Source of the DNA: Candidatus Zhuqueibacterota bacterium
GTDB taxonomy: Bacteria; Zhuqueibacterota; Zhuqueibacteria; Oceanimicrobiales; Oceanimicrobiaceae
DNA length: 64,000 bases
Assembly (NCBI GenBank): GCA_029261995.1
Contig: JAJDAF010000060.1
Coordinates: forward strand, 21,963 to 85,962
Reading direction: 5' to 3'
Every line of letters starts with the position of its first letter. Position 1 is the stretch's first letter. The position numbers were made by a program, and so were the translations under genes. The notes beneath the pieces are model-generated. The model was given only the letters and a program-made list of their open reading frames with translations, was not told where the DNA came from and ran no database searches. This document shows positions 57,927 to 64,000 of this stretch, piece after piece.

Positions 57927-60900
57927 CCCTTCCAGGCTTTGCCCTAAAATACAAATATTCCATTTATGCGCTTTCGATTGCAGCAACGATATTTGGCGTA
58001 ATGGCCTATTTCAGCCTGCCAATTCAGTTGCTTCCTGATACGGCGCCACCCCTGGTTAATGTCCTCGTCGCATATCCTGGCGCGGCGGCACAGGACGTTG
58101 CCGACCTGATTTCAGATCCAATTGAAAATGAAGTGGCTGCACTGGAAGGGGTCCTGAAAGTGACATCAACGGCACAAGACGGACTGGCACTGGTATCCAT
58201 AGAATTTCGCTATGATATTCCAGTTGATTTAGCAGCGATTGATGTGCAGAATGCCATTTCCCGCATCCGGGGCAAATTGCCTCGAGAGATTGGTGAACCC
58301 CAGGTGATTAAATTCTCAACAAGTAGTCGCCCGGTGTTGACCATGGGATTGCGAGGAGATAATCTCGTGGCCGTGCGCCGGCTAGCCGAAGATGTACTCG
58401 CACCTGAAATACAGCGGGTGGCGGGAGTCGCCATCGTCGATGTGTTCGGTGGCCATCAACCCGAACTCTCAGTATTGGTAAATCGCAACCGCCTGGAAGC
58501 CCACCGTTTGCCTTTAGCGGCGGTGGTCAATGCGATTCGTACCCACAACGTCAGCGCCCCGGCAGGTCAAATCCGGAGCAGCAACCGGCAGTATACCTTC
58601 CGGCTCAATGAGCAGAGCCGCTCACTGCATGATATTGAAAATATCCCCATCAGCGCCCCTGACGGCAGCCGCCTCCTGGTCGGTGATTTAGCTGCGGTTA
58701 CCGAAGGTGGCGGCGAGGATTTGTCCCGCTTCCGGGTTAACGGCAAATCAGCTATTGCCATGCAAATCTTTAAACAGGACGATGCCAATACTGTGGATGT
58801 GGTGCAACTCGCACGTGAGGCGTTCACCGAGTTGTCGCTCCGCTATCCACATATTGACATGGTCGAGGCGGAAGAAACAGCATCCTTCACAGCCCGCGTC
58901 GTCAACAACATGATGACCAGCGTTTGGCAAGCATTATTGTTGGCAACGGTAGTTATTTTTCTCTTTCTCGCCAGCCTGCATCGTGGCTTTGTTGTTATCA
59001 TCTCAATGCCCATGTCCTTTCTGCTCACCTTTGCCGGCATGAAAGTCTTCAATATTGAAGTGAATATGGTCACCTTGACCGCCATTATCCTTTCAGTCGG
59101 AATGGTTGTTGACGCTTCCGTGGTGGTTCTGGAAAATATCACCCGCTACTACTCGAAGGGTGGTCTGTCCCCCACCGAGGCCGCGCTGAAAGGAGCGTCA
59201 GAAATCCAATTTTCGGTGATAGCCGGTGTGGCGACCACCCTGATTGTTTTGCTTCCCTTGCTTTTTCTGTATGGTTTTGTCGGCAAGATTTTTGGCCCCC
59301 TGGCGGCAACCCTGGTGATCGCCTTTGTTGCATCTCTGTTTGTCGCCCTGACCATTGTACCCATTCTCTCGGTGATGGTGAGCGGCGAAGGCGGCAAAAT
59401 GGAAAGAGTGGCAGAAAGAATTTCGCAGCCCTGGAATAGATTGATGCTAGGCTTGCGCAACGTATATGTCAGGATTCTAAAGAAGTCCCTGGGACACCGT
59501 CGGATTGTTTTCCTCGTTATCTCCATCCTGTTCGTCGCCGGGCTGGCGACGCTGCGGTTCAGGGGCACTGAACTGCTTCCAAAGATGGACAGCGGCTCAA
59601 GTTTTGTCGTGGTCGAGACCACCTCCGGAGCGTCATTGGATGAAACTGAAAAAGTCATGCAGGAAGTTGAGGCTATCATCTTGCAGGAATCGGAAGTGAT
59701 ATTGATTTCCAACCAAATGGGATTTGAGCCCGGCATGCATTCTTTTGCCGGCGGCGGCGCTCAGGGTCCTACTCAGGGCTACATCGCAATCACACTGACG
59801 CCGCGCACGGAAAGAGATGAGAGCATCTGGGAAATCCAGAACCGGCTGCGGGACAAATTTTCGAAGATTCCCAATATCCAGAATTTTGTGGTCCGCGAGT
59901 CAGGCAGTACTGCGAAAGCAACGACGGCGTCATCGATCATTGTTAACATCAAAGGGGATGACCCGCTGGTTCTGGACAAGCTGGGCAGTCAGGTTCTGAC
60001 GGCTTTGCGAACTGTCAAGGGTGTGGTCAATCCCTACCGGCGGTGGCGGCGTGACCAACGCAATATCTCCCTTTCTCTCAGCGAAGACCGCGCACGTGAG
60101 CTGCGCATTTCTCCGGCTCTCGCCGCACAGGAGCTTGTACAGTCACTCGATGGGGTCAATGCCGGCATTTTCCGTGGGGAATTGGGAGAAGACACGCCGA
60201 TACGGGTGCGTTATGCCGAAAGGTTCCGCAGTCAGGAAGCAGATGCTTTTATGGTGCGTACCATTTCCGCGAATGACGGCGCCGTTGTACCCCTGGGCGC
60301 AATCATGCAGGGAAAAGAATCTTACGCTCAGGGGGTGGTGACGCGCGAGAATCTTCAGCCGACATTGGAAATATTGGCGTTGCATGAGGGCCGCCCTCTG
60401 AATTTTGTGGTTGCTGATATCGAACAAGTGTTATCCGGCTTGACCCTGCCACAAGCTTACGAAGCAAGCCTGGCTGGCGAGAGCACGGATATGAATGAAG
60501 CCCGCAAGGAATTGGCTTCAGCCCTCGCGGTCGCATTCATTGCCGTCTATTTGCTGCTCGTGGCACAATTTCGTTCGTTCATTCACCCTATCACGGTGTT
60601 GGTGTCCGTCCCGTTGAGTCTGGTCGGCGTAGGAACGGCTCTTTGGATTGCAGGAAAACCGGTCTCCATGCCCGTGATGATTGGATTGATCCTGTTGGTA
60701 GGAATCGTGGTGAACAACTCCATCATTCTGATAGACTTCATTCGGCAACGGCGACAAGAAGGGCATTCCCGGGAAGAGGCTATTATCGAATCCGTGGCCA
60801 CCCGTTTTCGTCCCATTATGATGACATCCTTTTCGACAATCGTAGGTATGACGCCACTTGCTCTGGAGTGGGCGCTGGGAGCAGAACGGTTTTCGCCCCT

Positions 60901-61027
60901 GTCCACTGCCGTCATTGGTGGCATGACCGCATCCACATTCTTAACCATGATCGTCATTCCAGTGCTTTACGATACATTTGATGACTGGAAGCAAACATTC
61001 AAGCAATTGAGAGAGGGAAAAGCATGA
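57923..61027 (+). CDS. RND efflux permease (AcrB/CzcA superfamily)
   Basis: 1034 aa with 12 TM helices and two large periplasmic loops. 4-nt overlap with the fusion protein. Confidence 0.85.
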   Translation: MTLPGFALKYKYSIYALSIAATIFGVMAYFSLPIQLLPDTAPPLVNVLVAYPGAAAQDVADLISDPIENEVAALEGVLKVTSTAQDGLALVSIEFRYDIPVDLAAIDVQNAISRIRGKLPREIGEPQVIKFSTSSRPVLTMGLRGDNLVAVRRLAEDVLAPEIQRVAGVAIVDVFGGHQPELSVLVNRNRLEAHRLPLAAVVNAIRTHNVSAPAGQIRSSNRQYTFRLNEQSRSLHDIENIPISAPDGSRLLVGDLAAVTEGGGEDLSRFRVNGKSAIAMQIFKQDDANTVDVVQLAREAFTELSLRYPHIDMVEAEETASFTARVVNNMMTSVWQALLLATVVIFLFLASLHRGFVVIISMPMSFLLTFAGMKVFNIEVNMVTLTAIILSVGMVVDASVVVLENITRYYSKGGLSPTEAALKGASEIQFSVIAGVATTLIVLLPLLFLYGFVGKIFGPLAATLVIAFVASLFVALTIVPILSVMVSGEGGKMERVAERISQPWNRLMLGLRNVYVRILKKSLGHRRIVFLVISILFVAGLATLRFRGTELLPKMDSGSSFVVVETTSGASLDETEKVMQEVEAIILQESEVILISNQMGFEPGMHSFAGGGAQGPTQGYIAITLTPRTERDESIWEIQNRLRDKFSKIPNIQNFVVRESGSTAKATTASSIIVNIKGDDPLVLDKLGSQVLTALRTVKGVVNPYRRWRRDQRNISLSLSEDRARELRISPALAAQELVQSLDGVNAGIFRGELGEDTPIRVRYAERFRSQEADAFMVRTISANDGAVVPLGAIMQGKESYAQGVVTRENLQPTLEILALHEGRPLNFVVADIEQVLSGLTLPQAYEASLAGESTDMNEARKELASALAVAFIAVYLLLVAQFRSFIHPITVLVSVPLSLVGVGTALWIAGKPVSMPVMIGLILLVGIVVNNSIILIDFIRQRRQEGHSREEAIIESVATRFRPIMMTSFSTIVGMTPLALEWALGAERFSPLSTAVIGGMTASTFLTMIVIPVLYDTFDDWKQTFKQLREGKA

Positions 61028-61422
61028 GAATTTCAACCGACCAATCCCCACGGACGATGACTAGAGCAGCAGCGATTGCCGGCCTGCTTGTTGGGCTGCT
61101 TTCGGTCTTTTCAGGATCCGCTGTGCTGCTGGGAATCAAGCACCCTGGTTACACAACCTTGGACTGGCTCCTGATCTACAACGTCAGTATGGGCGTTGTT
61201 TCAATTGTGGCCGGCGTCGCAATATGGTCCGCCCGGAGCTGGGCTGTCAGGCTGGCGAATTGCATCGCGGCAGCTCATTTTGTGGTCCTTCTGATTCTGG
61301 TGGCCATGTATGCCGTAACGACTGCCGTTGCACTGCAAAGCGTTGGCGCAATGACGTTCAGGTCAGCCATCTGGGTTGCAATTGTTCTCATTGTGAGAAA
61401 AGCCAGGGGGGAACTGGAGTAG
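61024..61422 (+). CDS. small 4-TM membrane protein coupled to the RND gene
   Basis: ATGA overlap with the RND stop. Four hydrophobic helices. No motif recognised. Confidence 0.45.
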   Translation: MRISTDQSPRTMTRAAAIAGLLVGLLSVFSGSAVLLGIKHPGYTTLDWLLIYNVSMGVVSIVAGVAIWSARSWAVRLANCIAAAHFVVLLILVAMYAVTTAVALQSVGAMTFRSAIWVAIVLIVRKARGELE

Positions 61423-61486
61423 TTCGAGATCCACACACAACGTAACGTGCTGGTCGAAGCCCTGGCGCGCCCAAATCGTCGATAGA

Positions 61487-61502
61487 TCGACTAAATGGTC
61501 GA
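61487..61502. promoter_or_regulatory. palindromic site TCGACTAAATGGTCGA
   Basis: One of three near-identical palindromes, each 160-205 nt upstream of one of three consecutive plus-strand genes. Confidence 0.4.
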
Positions 61503-61682
61503 AAGCCGTCTGGGATAGTGAATTCAGCACTGCCGATGTCGCGAATTTTAAGATACTGTTTTCATAAGTTTTATCACGTAACGTTAGCGTGAATTGTTGC
61601 TGGCACGCAAATTGTCTTAGCTTGAGTTGAATTTGAATTGACAACAACTGGATTGTTCAAAACCAACCTTAGGAGGTCCACA

Positions 61683-62327
61683 ATGAGACGACTGATGACA
61701 TTGCTGAGTGTTGTTGCACTGTTTGCAATGTTTACTTTGAATAGCAGTGGCTATGCGCAGGAAGATGCCAAGGCCAAGACAGCAACGAAGGGGTTCGTCG
61801 ATAAAAACAAAGACGGCGTCAACGACAACGCTCCAGACCATGACGGCGACGGCATTCCGAACGGCAAGGATCCGGATTGGCAAAAGATTCGTCCTGAGAA
61901 AAAGGGGCGGGGTTTTGCTGACGAAAATGGTGACGGCGTCAATGATAACGCTAAAGATGATGATGGCGACGGCATTCCAAACGGAAAAGACCCGGACTGG
62001 GAGCGGCCAAAAGATGGGACTGGTCAGAAGGCCGCCAATAAAATGCAGAAAGCTGGAAAAGGCAAGCGAGGCCAAGCCTCTGCCCGAAAGTGTGGCAAAA
62101 AAGGCGGACGCTTGGGATTCGTAGATGAGGACGGCGACGGCATAAACGACTTTGCTCGTGACGACGATGGAGATGGCATCGCCAACTGCAAAGACAAGGA
62201 CTTTGAAGGAAAAAAAGCCGGCAGCAGCACAAGACTGGGTAAAGGCGCCCGTGGGGCAGCCGGCGCCTGCGGAGGAGGAAGTGGCTGCTGCCGCAGCAAT
62301 CGTAGCGGGAAAGCTAAGGCCCAATAA
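61683..62327 (+). CDS. secreted Ca-binding protein with thrombospondin-type-3-like repeats (paralog 1)
   Basis: AGGAGG RBS and a signal peptide. Four repeats of FVD(E/K)NGDG(V/I)NDNA(K/P)DDDGDGIPNGKDPDW. Confidence 0.6.
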   Translation: MRRLMTLLSVVALFAMFTLNSSGYAQEDAKAKTATKGFVDKNKDGVNDNAPDHDGDGIPNGKDPDWQKIRPEKKGRGFADENGDGVNDNAKDDDGDGIPNGKDPDWERPKDGTGQKAANKMQKAGKGKRGQASARKCGKKGGRLGFVDEDGDGINDFARDDDGDGIANCKDKDFEGKKAGSSTRLGKGARGAAGACGGGSGCCRSNRSGKAKAQ

Positions 62328-62362
62328 ACTTCATTTATCATAGCTCCATCCTTTCCTCGTTA

Positions 62363-62398
62363 AGGCGAGAGTCGATTTGACTCTCGCCTTTCTTTTTG
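62363..62398 (+). terminator. rho-independent terminator
   Basis: AAGGCGAGAGTC gatt TGACTCTCGCCTT followed by TCTTTTTG. Confidence 0.7.
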
Positions 62399-62691
62399 AT
62401 CACAGGCTCCGCTTCATCCCGAAGAGACAGGTGTTTGCAATTTCTTGACCCGGCGTGTCGAATCATCCTGAGAGACAACGGAAGTCACGGCGCAGCGGAA
62501 CCCCGAAATGCTTCGGGATTATGAACCCCGCAAAAAGCGCGGGATTTGAGAACCGCAACCAGGTGACTTAGCCACGGATGAACACTGATTCGACACGGAT
62601 AAAGGCATTGACGATCAAAGCCAGATACTAAAATAGTTTGTGTGAACACTTTGTGGCTAACCTGGGAGAACCCGACGATCTCGTCGATGTT

Positions 62692-62707
62692 TCGACTGCC
62701 CGGTCGA
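62692..62707. promoter_or_regulatory. palindromic site TCGACTGCCCGGTCGA
   Basis: Same TCGAC...GTCGA arms as 61487 and 63764. Lies 206 nt upstream of 62898. Confidence 0.35.
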
Positions 62708-62897
62708 AGAATTAGCTTTCCAATAGATGAAAGGTGATCATTTTAAAGTAGTAATAAAGCAAAATTTTACAATAATTTAAGTCTGTATGAATTCTTTATG
62801 AACCTTTTTGGCACGCAAGTTGAATAACCAGTCAGCGAAACACGAAACAAGTTGAGCTTTTTATAAATAACCTAATTCAAACCAAAGGAGATTCAAA

Positions 62898-63680
62898 ATG
62901 AAATGGCTCACTTCTCTTCTCACAGTAGCGGCTCTGATTTTTACGCTCGGACTGCTTTTCACGATTCCCGCGGACTCATTCGCACAGCAAGGCAACAAAG
63001 GCAAACCCGCGGACAAAGGCTTCGTTGACGAAAACAACGACGGCATCAACGACAACGCCAAAGACGATGATGGCGACGGTATCCCAAATGGTCAGGATCC
63101 GGATTTCGTTAAGGTGAATCCCGACGCTGGCCGCGGACACGGCTTTGTGGACGCAGATGGCGACGGCGTCAATGACTACGCTCAAGATGCAGATGGTGAT
63201 GGCATCCCCAACGGCCAGGACCCTGACTGGGTGGCGCCGCAAGATGGCAGCGGCAGCAAAAATGCCAACGGACAAAAGAAGTCCGGCAACAAAGACAACA
63301 AGGGCAAGGGCGCCCGGGGCTTCGTCGATGCAGATGGTGACGGTGTCAACGACAATGCCAAAGACGATGACGGCGACGGCATCCCGAATGGTCAGGACCC
63401 AGATTTTGTAAGTCAGAATCCCAACACCGGCAATGGCAAGATGGGCTTTGTTGACGCAGATGGCGACGGCATCAACGACAATGCAAGAGATGATGATGGT
63501 GACGGCATTCCCAATGGTCGCGATGAAGACTTTGTTCGTCCTGAAGACGGATCGGGTCGCAAGGCTGGCTCCGGCAAAGGCATGCGCGGCGGTGACAACT
63601 CCGGTAGTGGCGACGGCACGGGCACGGGAGACTGCGACGACACAGGCCCGAAAGGCAAAAGACAAGGCGGTCGAAAGTAA
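62898..63680 (+). CDS. secreted Ca-binding protein with thrombospondin-type-3-like repeats (paralog 2)
   Basis: Signal peptide. Five repeats of FVD(A/E)(D/N)GDG(V/I)ND(N/Y)A(K/Q/R)D(D/A)DGDGIPNGQDPD(F/W). Confidence 0.6.
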   Translation: MKWLTSLLTVAALIFTLGLLFTIPADSFAQQGNKGKPADKGFVDENNDGINDNAKDDDGDGIPNGQDPDFVKVNPDAGRGHGFVDADGDGVNDYAQDADGDGIPNGQDPDWVAPQDGSGSKNANGQKKSGNKDNKGKGARGFVDADGDGVNDNAKDDDGDGIPNGQDPDFVSQNPNTGNGKMGFVDADGDGINDNARDDDGDGIPNGRDEDFVRPEDGSGRKAGSGKGMRGGDNSGSGDGTGTGDCDDTGPKGKRQGGRK

Positions 63681-63710
63681 GCTTTACCCATCTTCATGGT
63701 GCTCCTCCTC

Positions 63711-63746
63711 AAGCGAGAGTCTGAAAAGGCTCTCGCTTTTTTTTCG
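63711..63746 (+). terminator. rho-independent terminator
   Basis: AAGCGAGAGTC tgaaaagg CTCTCGCTT followed by TTTTTTTT. The stem is related to that at 62363. Confidence 0.7.
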
Positions 63747-63763
63747 ACCGATTGGTCTCTGCT

Positions 63764-63779
63764 TCGACCAAATGGTCGA
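63764..63779. promoter_or_regulatory. palindromic site TCGACCAAATGGTCGA
   Basis: Perfect TCGACCA-N2-TGGTCGA palindrome. A second half-copy (TCGACCGATTGGTC) lies 20 nt upstream. 158 nt upstream of the next gene. Confidence 0.4.
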
Positions 63780-63921
63780 TTCGGTGTCTTCGATATCCCA
63801 TTTCCATCGTAAAGTAAAGACAATATAAACAAAAATTTGGATCACTTGTTTTTCCCTGGCACGGATGTTGAATGTCTATGGGATGAGTCAAAGAATAATG
63901 ACCATTATCTGGAGAAAGAAC

Positions 63922-64000
63922 CATGAAACGAAGAATCATTCAGTGGAGCCTGCTGTGCGCAATATGGCCTTCCGTTGCGGCCGCACAACTGCAATCAACG
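63922..64000 (+). CDS. 5' end of a secreted protein; runs off the window
   Basis: MKRRIIQWSLLCAIWPSVAAAQ signal peptide. Confidence 0.4.

Noticed and set aside
62400-62700. GC hairpins (CCGAAATGCTTCGG, CCCCGCAAAAAGCGCGGG) in the 570-nt spacer between the two TSP3-repeat paralogs, considered as an sRNA
   Set aside because: They are plausible structures, but no promoter or terminator pair can be defined by eye. Only the palindromic site further downstream is reported.

Overview
High-GC (roughly 58-62%) contig with a metagenome-like mosaic of metabolic, secreted and respiratory genes. At least four large secreted proteins end in the NYPNPFNP...YxxRL C-terminal sorting domain typical of type IX secretion, which points to a member of the FCB (Fibrobacteres-Chlorobi-Bacteroidetes) group or an allied candidate phylum. 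Left to right the window holds the following.

- Coordinates 1 to about 8800: a 3'-truncated M61 peptidase with a PDZ domain (minus strand, not in the ORF track), glpK and glpD for glycerol catabolism, a penta-heme cytochrome c, a zinc-dependent alcohol dehydrogenase (MDR family), and a membrane protein followed by an XRE regulator.
- About 8977 to 13300: two tandem paralogs of a polytopic-membrane-anchored PQQ beta-propeller protein, followed by structured repeats.
- About 13300 to 19500: a clearly AT-richer island. It holds a cupin protein, a 21-bp tandem repeat array, a two-transmembrane (2TM) protein that resembles a SLATT domain, a ParA-like ATPase translationally coupled to a protein with an HEPN Rx4H motif, a SAM methyltransferase, a second 2TM protein and a membrane-anchored alpha/beta hydrolase. 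I rate this island as the best candidate for an undescribed defence or abortive-infection module.
- About 19500 to 31000: a purple-acid-phosphatase-like metallophosphoesterase, a NUDIX hydrolase, a secreted protein with a histone-like Lys-rich tail, a 1258-aa beta-propeller-phytase-like T9SS cargo protein, an Hpt protein whose frame breaks into a triple-receiver response regulator, and a PlsC acyltransferase overlapping a lipid kinase.
- 31224 to 31892: a thioredoxin-fold gene with an in-frame TGA sitting in the iodothyronine-deiodinase active-site motif FGSYT-U-PPF, which makes it a candidate selenoprotein.
- About 32000 to 40300: three further T9SS cargo proteins, one of them a BNR-repeat (Ycf48-like) protein, and a PfkB sugar kinase.
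- About 40300 to 48150: small YbjQ-like and DUF2007-like proteins and a LamG lipoprotein, each preceded by conserved leader elements. A secreted protein combining tectonin repeats, a zinc peptidase motif and Cys-rich repeats follows.
- About 48250 to 52300: a group-1 membrane-bound [NiFe] hydrogenase operon (maturation protease, cytochrome b, large subunit, small subunit).
- About 52600 to 61450: a lipoprotein cyclophilin, a cytochrome c'-like protein, and a TetR-TolC-MFP-RND efflux operon with a trailing small membrane protein.
- About 61450 to 64000: two paralogous secreted proteins with thrombospondin-type-3-like Ca-binding repeats, each with the same palindromic upstream site and the same style of terminator.

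I saw no rRNA, tRNA, CRISPR array or transposase. Several predicted starts (GTG and TTG are used) and all domain assignments are read from motifs by eye and need confirmation by search.
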